DNA from: an uncultured Eubacteriales bacterium
GTDB taxonomy: Bacteria > Acidobacteriota > Aminicenantia > Aminicenantales > Aminicenantaceae
Direction: 5' to 3'
DNA length: 64,000 bases
Assembly (NCBI GenBank): GCA_964445575.1
Contig: CAYULB010000003.1
Span: 12,343 to 76,342 of the forward strand
Every line of letters starts with the position of its first letter. Positions within the stretch are counted from its first letter, which is position 1. This document shows, piece after piece, positions 28,360 to 36,532 of this stretch. The position numbers and the translations under genes are program-made. The notes below the pieces were generated by a model that saw only the letters and a program-made list of their open reading frames with translations, did not search any database and was not told where the DNA came from.

Positions 28360-29514
28360 TTATTTATTAAGCCTCTTGGATAAGAACCGGTCTTTCCTGG
28401 AACGTATAAGGAGAGAGCTGACTCTTCCGAGACCGAGTTTTCCTCTTACCCGAAGTCTTTTAACAGCTGCGCTGGTTAACTTTTCAGGAACTTTGGGCTT
28501 TTCAGGGCCTGGTTTTCTTTTAAGGGTCAAGGCATTACTGGGACATGCAGAAACACAGAGGCCGCATCCTATGCATTTATCTTCTTCCAAGACGGCTTTA
28601 TCATGATTTAACTCAAGCGCGTCCATCTGGCATCTCTCCACACAAACTCCGCATCCCGTGCACAAGTCCTGGTCCAGCTGAGCAAAAAAAGGCGATGCCA
28701 CCAGATCTGTTGGGGATGGATGTCTCTTCAGGTTTTTAAGTACCTGACAGCAGCATCCACAGCAGCAGCAGATATTAGCGATTTTTTTTGAAAAGCTGGC
28801 CTGAAGCACAAGTCCGCCCTCATCAGCTTTTTTTATAAGTTCCTTTGCTTTGTTTTTGTTAATCTTTTTTCCGATTCCTGCATTTCTGTATATATCAACT
28901 CCGGCCCCCATGATAAGGCAGTTCCCCTCCGGTTTATCACATCCCTCGCCCATGATGCGGCGTTCTTTCCTGCAGATACAGGGAGCTTCCAGAAATTTAG
29001 AGTTTTTATCAATGAGTTTGACCGCATCTTCATAAGCAAGGACCTCTAAATTAGGATCGATGCTCTGTTCAACAGGAATAGTACGGAGTAGAGGAGCTTT
29101 TTTCCATTCGTCAAAATTCAAAAGCACTGGGACATATTCGTTGAAATCCTTGATAAGCTGGGGATCCAGATCATTAACATGAAGCTCCCATATACCGATG
29201 ACAAACTGAACAGCCATAAAACGAGTCGGACGGCCTTTTCGTTTCAAACGGTAAATAAGGCCTTTTTTGGCCATGTTTTCAAGCTGACGGGATACCTGTT
29301 CTTTAGGAAGTTCTGCGCGCTGGGCTATCACATCCACTTCTTCTGGGATTAAAGTAAGCTTGAGGGCCAGTCGAGCTTCCTCCGGAGTGAACATCCTCCG
29401 CAGAATACGGAGCTCCACTCCACTCTCGGTCTCAGGATACCCCCCCGGGAGATCATCCAGATGGAGGGCAAGCTTTTTATAAATATCTGCACACAAAGGA
29501 TTTTCCTGATTCAA
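28360..29514 (-). CDS. Fe-S cluster protein: two ferredoxin-type 4Fe-4S motifs plus CCCCGCCC poly-cysteine motif and N-terminal wHTH-like region
   Basis: CTGCGVCVERC and CIGCGLCVSACP. ICCCCGCCCQ. PCICRKE...GEGCDKPEGNC. 384 aa. Confidence 0.6.
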   Translation of the reverse strand: MNQENPLCADIYKKLALHLDDLPGGYPETESGVELRILRRMFTPEEARLALKLTLIPEEVDVIAQRAELPKEQVSRQLENMAKKGLIYRLKRKGRPTRFMAVQFVIGIWELHVNDLDPQLIKDFNEYVPVLLNFDEWKKAPLLRTIPVEQSIDPNLEVLAYEDAVKLIDKNSKFLEAPCICRKERRIMGEGCDKPEGNCLIMGAGVDIYRNAGIGKKINKNKAKELIKKADEGGLVLQASFSKKIANICCCCGCCCQVLKNLKRHPSPTDLVASPFFAQLDQDLCTGCGVCVERCQMDALELNHDKAVLEEDKCIGCGLCVSACPSNALTLKRKPGPEKPKVPEKLTSAAVKRLRVRGKLGLGRVSSLLIRSRKDRFLSKRLNK

Positions 29515-29517
29515 TCG

Positions 29518-30048
29518 CTATTCTTGAAGCTGTTCGACCACCATCTTGTACTTTTCATGGATCATGTCTTTATCAAAATTCCAAAATTCTTTGAGCATGG
29601 CTTCCTGTTCATCCTCAGAAAAATAAGTCTCAGAGTTGGGGAAAAAAATATCATCTTCTTTTTTTATGTGTTTGGGATAAAAATTAGCCAATGTCTTGAG
29701 TTTGTCCACAATGTTTTCCAAACCTCTGCCGTTGTCCACATAATCTTTCTTGGCTTCAATAAATTCTTTAACTACCTTCCGCCCGTATTTGTGCTCTTCA
29801 ATAAGCTCATTCGTCATTTTCGTGTCTTCTTCAGTCATATCTTTCTTCTGGCACTCCCTAAACAGAATATCTTCTTCTTTGCCGTGATGGGTCTTATCCG
29901 CATAAATGCGAATGAAATCAACAGCCGTATCAATAAAATCTGGATCTACCTTATCCCTTTTTTCAATTTCTGAGGCTTTCGTTTCGATGATGGATATCAT
30001 CTTTTCTATAAGGCGGTGTTCTATCATTAAGGGTCCCCGTGGTTTCAT
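29518..30048 (-). CDS. Hemerythrin-like (HHE cation-binding) domain protein
   Basis: H..E/H...E spacing (IEHRLIEKM; IEEHKYGRK; HHGKEED). 176 aa. Stop 4 nt from start of the downstream Fe-S gene. Confidence 0.6.
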   Translation of the reverse strand: MKPRGPLMIEHRLIEKMISIIETKASEIEKRDKVDPDFIDTAVDFIRIYADKTHHGKEEDILFRECQKKDMTEEDTKMTNELIEEHKYGRKVVKEFIEAKKDYVDNGRGLENIVDKLKTLANFYPKHIKKEDDIFFPNSETYFSEDEQEAMLKEFWNFDKDMIHEKYKMVVEQLQE

Positions 30049-30103
30049 GAGTTGTCTCCTTTAAATAAAATTGCTTGTACCAAAATGTCTTTCAAATCGG
30101 TTC

Positions 30104-30808
30104 TCATATTCCATAAGGAATGTCCTGTTCCAAACGGATTTTAAGTAAAAAGATGGTGTCTTTTTTTAGATTGTTCTTTGCCCAAACTTTCTGTTTTTCA
30201 TCCAAAAGTTCGCCCATACCGGAAAGAATATTTTGTTCGCTAAGGGAACCAACGAATTCAATACATTTTGCAAGATAGTTAGCAAAATTCAACTTTGTTC
30301 TTTTCTCCACAATTTCTTTATTGATCGGCCAGTGATTTTTCAAAAAATACCAGACATCGTAGACATCCCGATGAGCTGTCCTGGAACGTTCCAGCATGGC
30401 TACCAGCTTATGTGCGAATATATCCTCTTTAATCATTACCACCATGGATATACCAAGATAATTTTGGACCTCATACCGGGAGCCAAAACTCCTTCGGTTC
30501 ATTTCGATTTTAATATTGGGCGCTTTTTTTTCATAGGAAACAATGAAGAATAAAGTGTTATACTTTTGATACTTTTCCTTAATGGTCCCGTATTCTTGAA
30601 GAATTTTTTCCAATCTCTCGAAAACAATAGCGTTTTCTTCTTTTTTTAAAAGATCAAAATCAAGATCTACTGAAAAACGGCCGAGATTGTAAAATAAATG
30701 AGCAGCTGTTCCTCCTTTAAGTCCTAAAAAAGGGCCAAGGGAGGTATCTGTGTATATATCTTTTAGAATCTGAAGCAGTATTGATTTATGAATATTTCGA
30801 TCAAGCAT
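30104..30808 (-). CDS. AbiEii/AbiGii-family nucleotidyltransferase toxin (type IV TA)
   Basis: N-terminal LGPFLGLKGGTAAHLFYNLGRFSVDLDFD nucleotidyltransferase motif typical of DUF1814/AbiEii. Confidence 0.7.
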   Translation of the reverse strand: MLDRNIHKSILLQILKDIYTDTSLGPFLGLKGGTAAHLFYNLGRFSVDLDFDLLKKEENAIVFERLEKILQEYGTIKEKYQKYNTLFFIVSYEKKAPNIKIEMNRRSFGSRYEVQNYLGISMVVMIKEDIFAHKLVAMLERSRTAHRDVYDVWYFLKNHWPINKEIVEKRTKLNFANYLAKCIEFVGSLSEQNILSGMGELLDEKQKVWAKNNLKKDTIFLLKIRLEQDIPYGI

Positions 30809-30810
30809 TT

Positions 30811-31389
30811 TTAAGCCATTTCACAATATGACATCAATCTTTTTTCCATTGCCTTGTTTTTATAGATAGAAATCATTTCAAAACATCTATCCCAATCTAT
30901 TGAAGACAGGTTGTCAAAATAATAATTCCTACTTAAATAGACAGTGTCTAAAAAGGCTCTTTCTCGGGATGCTGTGAAATAATTGTTTTTTCTCTCCAAT
31001 CCAAGAGAATTTGTTAAAATCGCATCTTTTATTTTTCGAAAAACATATCTTTGGCCGTCACAAGTAATCTCTCGCGTTAGGTAACTCACCACAAATATTT
31101 GGTCATAGTGCTGGAAAACAATACCTTCTCTAGATAAAACAGTTTCAAGGCTGATATAGGAAGGAGTGTATATTTTATTGGCCAGTTCCAGACGGTCATA
31201 ATTTCTATCCTTAGCATAAATGCCTTTTCGGATAGAATAGAGCTCTTTGTTTTTTACATAGTAGTTGATGCGTCTTTTGAGAAGAGCAACATTGGTTTCT
31301 CCGGATGACAAGAGAATATCTTTAAATGTAAAGACTGTATTCCCTTTACGGAGAATGCTTAAAATACTGGCTTTTTCCATCGTTATCAA
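30811..31389 (-). CDS. AbiEi-family antitoxin/transcriptional regulator (type IV TA)
   Basis: Typical AbiEi N-terminus (ILSILRKGNTVFTFKDIL...LKRRINYYVKNKELYSIRKGIY). Immediately upstream of AbiEii with a 2-nt gap. Confidence 0.7.
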   Translation of the reverse strand: MITMEKASILSILRKGNTVFTFKDILLSSGETNVALLKRRINYYVKNKELYSIRKGIYAKDRNYDRLELANKIYTPSYISLETVLSREGIVFQHYDQIFVVSYLTREITCDGQRYVFRKIKDAILTNSLGLERKNNYFTASRERAFLDTVYLSRNYYFDNLSSIDWDRCFEMISIYKNKAMEKRLMSYCEMA

Positions 31390-31429
31390 CTAAAGGTAAC
31401 ATGTAGCGTTACTTATAGTTTAAATATAT

Positions 31430-31681
31430 CTAAATATATGTCAAGATAGCCGGCCTGAAAGACATATCCTGAGAGGCTGACTTTTCCTTTGCGGACATTG
31501 TACCAATAGTATGCAGGTGGTTCTGTTTCTGAAAATAGAACTTGGGGATAGGTTTTCCCAATAAAGATACTTCTCCCTCGTAGCCATATTCCCGATTTAT
31601 TGAGGCACTCATTTTTGCGAAGAGTCTTGTGATGAACCTAAAATAATCTTGCGTTTCGCAGAAAATAATTACATAATACAA
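31430..31681 (-). CDS. Hypothetical ORF at island left junction
   Basis: 83-aa ORF, no motif recognised. May be a remnant of a disrupted gene. Confidence 0.2.
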   Translation of the reverse strand: MYYVIIFCETQDYFRFITRLFAKMSASINREYGYEGEVSLLGKPIPKFYFQKQNHLHTIGTMSAKEKSASQDMSFRPAILTYI

Positions 31682-31776
31682 ACGTCGCCATTTTTATGAA
31701 TTAATCATATGCATACCCCACCAAGAACAATGAAAATGACATGTTTTTGCCATTTTTAAAGTAATGAGGAGGAAAT

Positions 31777-33456
31777 ATGAAAAAGATATTCTTGCCTAAT
31801 AAAAGCATTTTGTCACTTGAGCAGTTTAGTCGTGTTATTGTCCTACTCGCATGCGCTATGCTGCTCTTTTTTCAGGTGGTCTGCAGAAGGCAATCTCCTC
31901 CAGATCAAAAGGAGGTCGAAGCTCAGCCAGGAGTTTCTACTCATGCCTTAGTCGGCGGCGGAGAAACCGGCGATCTGTTCCATTCTTTTCTCAAACATCA
32001 ACAAGACGGGTCGACATACAACATTCAATCCACAGCCTCCCGACTCTTACAGCAAAATGACCTTGTTCCTTTCCTCAAGCGCTTAATCAATGAAGGCGAT
32101 CGGGAAGCCCGTGCAGATGCTGCTTCGGTTCTAGCATGGGTCTCGGATCCGTCGGTTCTGGCAAGGGTCTCAAAATCCGATGTCCGCTATAAGGTCCTGA
32201 AAAAAGAGTTCCCGGATCGTTTGGCCGGCCTATCTGACGATCCTTACTGGCGTGTCCGCGCCAATGCGGCATTCGCCCTAGGCAAACTCGGATCCGGAGA
32301 CGGCGCCCCGGCTAGAACCCTGGAGAATTTGACCGAAGACAAAGATCCCCGTGTTCGCGCAGCGGCGACTTTTGCCCTTGTTGAAGCAGGGGTAAAAGGT
32401 GCTGTCCCCAGGATAGAGGCCCGCCTGGCTGACATGATACCTGACGTCCGGATTGTCGCCGCAAACGCACTGGGCGTTCTGAAAAGCACGGACGCCGTAC
32501 AATTGCTTCTCCAGGCTATGCATGATCAGCATCCTTTGGTTAGATCTGTAACCTACAGGGCACTCCAAAACATGGGCCCGGCCGCCGCGGAAGCGGTTCC
32601 AAACCTTATCGACGCCGCCTCCCGCGATTACCGTAATGAACGAGTCGCCCTCGAGGCACTCGTGAAGATCATCGGAGAAATGAAGCAGCCTCTCTCTGAT
32701 CCTGAATGGATACACGCCCTGGGTGAACGGGCCGGTGCGCTTGCCGGGCATCTTAGAGATACCCGCCGAGGCCTGCTCAGCCGCGGCCTGTCGGAATCCC
32801 TGGTAAGGATCGCGGGTTGGCTGGGACCGGAGGATCGCAAGCGTTTTATCGATGACCTCGAGCTTCTCGATACCCGAAAAGACCAGAATTTCCGAAACCT
32901 CCATTTCGTCCTGGCGGGGATGTCTCAGCCAGGTCCCTTGCGCCAACGACTTCTAAGCAAGCAGAATGAGCAGGAGCTTCTGGAGAAGCTGGACCATGAG
33001 GATTCAACGGTCCGCCGTGCGGCTGCCATCGCCCTGGCGGAAGGCCGTCCTGACACGGTAATTCCCGCATTGCTCAAGGCTCTTTCCTGTCCCGATCCCC
33101 TAGCAGGGCTGGCCGCGGCACAGTCTCTTGCTTCTTTTGGGAAGCGGTCTGTAGACGGATTGTTGATGCAATTGGACAACCCGGACACATTGGTGCGGAT
33201 CCTGGCATGTTATGGCTTGGCACGGACTTGGGCCGATGAACGGCGCCCCATGGCTGACCAGAAAGGAATAGAGACATTGAGAGTCCTAGCCGGCGATTTT
33301 GAGCAACCATTCGAGTTGCGCCAGCTCGCCTGGTGCGCATTGAACAGCATTTTGCGCGAACCCAGTCAGCTCTGTGACCCAGAAATCTTTCTTGCCAGCC
33401 TTCTGGACCGAATGGCCCTGCCGGATGAGGAACCAGCTCTCAATGACCATCAGTGA
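31777..33456 (+). CDS. Exported/membrane-anchored HEAT-repeat (PBS-lyase type) protein
   Basis: N-terminal hydrophobic segment. Many D.D..VR..AA.ALG repeats (DPYWRVRANAAFALGKLG; DPRVRAAATFALVEAG; DSTVRRAAAIALAEG). Confidence 0.7.
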   Translation: MKKIFLPNKSILSLEQFSRVIVLLACAMLLFFQVVCRRQSPPDQKEVEAQPGVSTHALVGGGETGDLFHSFLKHQQDGSTYNIQSTASRLLQQNDLVPFLKRLINEGDREARADAASVLAWVSDPSVLARVSKSDVRYKVLKKEFPDRLAGLSDDPYWRVRANAAFALGKLGSGDGAPARTLENLTEDKDPRVRAAATFALVEAGVKGAVPRIEARLADMIPDVRIVAANALGVLKSTDAVQLLLQAMHDQHPLVRSVTYRALQNMGPAAAEAVPNLIDAASRDYRNERVALEALVKIIGEMKQPLSDPEWIHALGERAGALAGHLRDTRRGLLSRGLSESLVRIAGWLGPEDRKRFIDDLELLDTRKDQNFRNLHFVLAGMSQPGPLRQRLLSKQNEQELLEKLDHEDSTVRRAAAIALAEGRPDTVIPALLKALSCPDPLAGLAAAQSLASFGKRSVDGLLMQLDNPDTLVRILACYGLARTWADERRPMADQKGIETLRVLAGDFEQPFELRQLAWCALNSILREPSQLCDPEIFLASLLDRMALPDEEPALNDHQ

Positions 33457-33468
33457 GGAGATCTAGCT

Positions 33469-34596
33469 ATGAAAAATTATCAAAGAAACAGGAAATCGAT
33501 TTTAAATCCAAAGGCCTGCCGTTATACGGCTTTGTTATTCGCGGGCGTTATGTTACTTGTGTCCATCGGTCACATCAGCGCCGAGAAGCTCCTTTTCCTG
33601 ACCTCCCTAGGTGGAGCCCGCGTCGCCGTGGACCATCAGATGAGGGTCTTTCCACCGCCGCCCGAGGAGGAACTGCTACTCATCATTGTGTATCCGCATC
33701 CAGACCAAGCCTTTTCCTTCGACGCTGGCAGCCCCGGGGAGCTTCGTATCGAGAGAGCCGTAGCCTTGGTCTTACCTGAAGAGTATGCCATAGAGTATGC
33801 CGACGAGATCGAGTGGTCAATCGATGACATAGGTGGGACACAGGCCGAAATCACGCCCGATCGCGGACCTGTCGTTGACATGGTCTTTCGAGGTCTTCCA
33901 GATCAAAACGATGACTTCGGAGAGAAGCGAATCACCGCGGCCGTCAGGGGCGTTTCTGACAGCGTCACCGTCCGGGCTTTCTTCGATCCACAGGCACAAA
34001 ACCATCCTGGAGGCGATAGTGAGCCGAACTGGTTTTATTATTGGAAGCAGATTGACAGCATTATTGGTGATCGTGATCGAAGCAGGTTAAGATACGAAGC
34101 TGGATTACAAGGTGAGGGAGGAGCACTGGTCACAGGCCAGTATAGATTTCCGCCTGATATCGTCATTCTTTCCGATGCCATTCTCAGTGCGAGCTGTGCT
34201 CAACGTATGATACCGACACGCCCTGGGCCGGGGCCGCACACATATGTTCCCACAGGCGTAAATGCGACAGGCATAGATTGTTTTGCAGAATCTGTTTGGC
34301 ACGAATGGCAGCATCGAGAGGACATGTTTAATTGGTGGGGATCCAGACTCAACTATGCGGTGAAACGAAACCTTTGGGAAGATTATGAAGACAAAGACAA
34401 CGATGATGTTCCACGCCACTATGAAGAGGCTGTGGGTTGGAGTGACAATTTCCCCCGTTGTAGCCCGAGTAGACCCTATCCCATTGTGAAGGATAATGAA
34501 TCTTATTCTTACTGGACAGGCTGGTTGTGGCAAATTAGTGCAGCCGATCACCAGGACTGGTCGCGGGACGGGAAACAGTGGCCAAGTGGCCAGTAA
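33469..34596 (+). CDS. Membrane-anchored hypothetical protein with HExxH (HEWQH) zincin-like motif
   Basis: N-terminal TM (YTALLFAGVMLLVSIGHI). SVWHEWQHRED motif followed by acidic stretch. 375 aa. Confidence 0.5.
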   Translation: MKNYQRNRKSILNPKACRYTALLFAGVMLLVSIGHISAEKLLFLTSLGGARVAVDHQMRVFPPPPEEELLLIIVYPHPDQAFSFDAGSPGELRIERAVALVLPEEYAIEYADEIEWSIDDIGGTQAEITPDRGPVVDMVFRGLPDQNDDFGEKRITAAVRGVSDSVTVRAFFDPQAQNHPGGDSEPNWFYYWKQIDSIIGDRDRSRLRYEAGLQGEGGALVTGQYRFPPDIVILSDAILSASCAQRMIPTRPGPGPHTYVPTGVNATGIDCFAESVWHEWQHREDMFNWWGSRLNYAVKRNLWEDYEDKDNDDVPRHYEEAVGWSDNFPRCSPSRPYPIVKDNESYSYWTGWLWQISAADHQDWSRDGKQWPSGQ

Positions 34597-34606
34597 TCGA
34601 AAACAG

Positions 34607-36532
34607 GTGAACCGGAAGAACAGCGGAGAATTGTGGCCGGCTCTTCTTGCCGGTGTTTGCCTTTTCGTCCCCCTGGTTTTTGATCCCCGGGGCCACCTTC
34701 CGTTCTTTCCGCCCAAGGAAGCCGTCCTTCTCTTCGGCGTTTCCCTGGCGGCGGCTGCCGTGGTCATCTGCAGGCTCCGGAGTAATAGCGCTTCAAGGAT
34801 TTTTTCCGCAACCCGGCTGCGACCTGACGTCACCATTCTTCTCCTGATGGCTTTGTTCTGGATCTGGAGCATCGCGGCCCCCTTGATGAAGATGGAGTCG
34901 GCAGCCGTTCACCTTCGGGGCACCATAAGGCTCACCGCGCTGGTCGCACTGGCCTTAGGTGCTGCGGCTGCAGCCGCAGCCGATCCGCGTTGGAGGGAAC
35001 GTTTTGCAACAGTAGCCGCCCTTCCCGCGATCGTCATGGCGTTACATGCCCTGTTTCAGGCAGCGGGATGCGATCCGCTTAACATCTTTGGGTACGAGCT
35101 GTCCGATCTGAAAGGAAGGTGGCGTGTCTTCACCACCACGGGCAATCCCAACTGGACAGCCGGCTATCTGGCAGCTACGTCGCCGCTTCTGGCTTGGGTG
35201 GTCCACCGCGCCATATGGTTCAGGAAACCTTGCTTGGCGTGGATTGCGCAGGCATCCGTCTGGTCAATTCTGACTGCAGCGGTGCTGACAACCGGATCAC
35301 GTCTGGGCCTGGCGGCGCTACTAGCCTCCGCTTTCTTGTGGTGGCAACATTTTAGATTTTCCTCGCTCTTCAGGAGGATAGGGACATTTATTGCCTGTAG
35401 TGCCCTTGCCGTCCTGATCGGGGTTGTGTCGGGATTTATTACTGCAGAACGCTTAACAGACAAGGCTTCAGTGGCGGGTCGCCTGATCTACGCACGAGCG
35501 GCGTGGGTCCTGATGGCAGACGCTCCGGTTACAGGCAGGGGGCTCGACCAATCAGGGCGGCTCCTTCCGAATGGCTTAGGTGAAGTCGTACCCCGACTTG
35601 GGCCGGGATGGACACCATGGATTCCAAAGACCCTTCTCGCTCGTGTGCCGAACGGCCTGCTTGAAACTACCATCGAGTCAGGCATAGTGGGTACGGCGCT
35701 TCTACTGGCCCTCTGGGCAATGGGACTGCACCGTGCGCTCTCCCGCAGCCGTGCCTGGAAAGGAGACCTTGTCCCTCTCGAAGCAGCCCTTGCCGGCGTT
35801 CTTGCCGCAACGGCAGTGTTGGCAATTGGGGACACACCTCTTCATAACCCCAACTTGGCGGTCTCTTTCTGGATGGTGGTGGGACTTTTAGCCGGTGGAG
35901 CTATCCGAGAGCAGATCAAGGCGCCGACCGTCACCGCTGAAGCGAATAGGTCATGGTCAGGGCGGGTTTTATATTTAGTACTAGCCGCAGCGGTACTCAT
36001 AGGCGCCTGGACCGCCGTGCGGCAGGGCTTAGTTACGCTAATCGTCAACCGTCAAGCCTACCAGGCACATGCGGCCTTCATCTATAACCGTGACGCTGAC
36101 GCGGAACGGATTTTTCGCAATATCCTGTCCCTCGATCCCACCCATCACGAATCATCTGTGGTTTTGAGCTGGTACTTGTTAGAGCAGGATCATCCACTGG
36201 AAGCGCTTGACCTGCTCGATCGCACGGAGCATTATGCTGTCTCGGCGGAAGCTTGGCTTGTCCGAGGGATTGCACTCCGTGACGCCGGCCGTCCGAAGGC
36301 CGCAGTTTCTGTGTTGGAGAATGCCGTAGCCGCAATTCCTGACCTTATGCGTGCCCACATCCTGCTCGGTGATATTTACGACGAGTTGGGTGACGCCCAG
36401 AGGGCAATGGAAGCTTACCGTCTTGTTCTGGAGAGCCCTCAAAATTCACCTGAGGCCCTCGCCTGGAAGGTACGCGTGCAGAAAAAGCTTTCCTGGCTCG
36501 ACTCCTGGGAAGAGCTGGATTTCAATTGGTAA
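34607..36532 (+). CDS. Wzy_C/O-antigen-ligase-like polytopic membrane protein with C-terminal TPR repeats
   Basis: About 10 TM helices with large periplasmic loop typical of Wzy_C (WaaL/PglL superfamily). C-terminal TPR-like repeats. Start is uncertain (GTG at 34607; ORF track 34496 overlaps the upstream gene). Confidence 0.65.
   Translation: MNRKNSGELWPALLAGVCLFVPLVFDPRGHLPFFPPKEAVLLFGVSLAAAAVVICRLRSNSASRIFSATRLRPDVTILLLMALFWIWSIAAPLMKMESAAVHLRGTIRLTALVALALGAAAAAAADPRWRERFATVAALPAIVMALHALFQAAGCDPLNIFGYELSDLKGRWRVFTTTGNPNWTAGYLAATSPLLAWVVHRAIWFRKPCLAWIAQASVWSILTAAVLTTGSRLGLAALLASAFLWWQHFRFSSLFRRIGTFIACSALAVLIGVVSGFITAERLTDKASVAGRLIYARAAWVLMADAPVTGRGLDQSGRLLPNGLGEVVPRLGPGWTPWIPKTLLARVPNGLLETTIESGIVGTALLLALWAMGLHRALSRSRAWKGDLVPLEAALAGVLAATAVLAIGDTPLHNPNLAVSFWMVVGLLAGGAIREQIKAPTVTAEANRSWSGRVLYLVLAAAVLIGAWTAVRQGLVTLIVNRQAYQAHAAFIYNRDADAERIFRNILSLDPTHHESSVVLSWYLLEQDHPLEALDLLDRTEHYAVSAEAWLVRGIALRDAGRPKAAVSVLENAVAAIPDLMRAHILLGDIYDELGDAQRAMEAYRLVLESPQNSPEALAWKVRVQKKLSWLDSWEELDFNW

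Noticed and set aside
28346-28739. Plus-strand ORFs 28346..28606 and 28545..28739
   Set aside because: They are antisense to the Cys-rich Fe-S protein gene whose ferredoxin motifs are unambiguous.
32087-34872. Numerous long antisense and alternative-frame ORFs inside the GC-rich island (e.g. 32278..32946-, 33074..33340-, 34105..34872-)
   Set aside because: High GC suppresses stop codons. Their products are Arg/Ala/Pro-rich with no domains, and they overlap the coherent HEAT, HExxH and Wzy_C genes.
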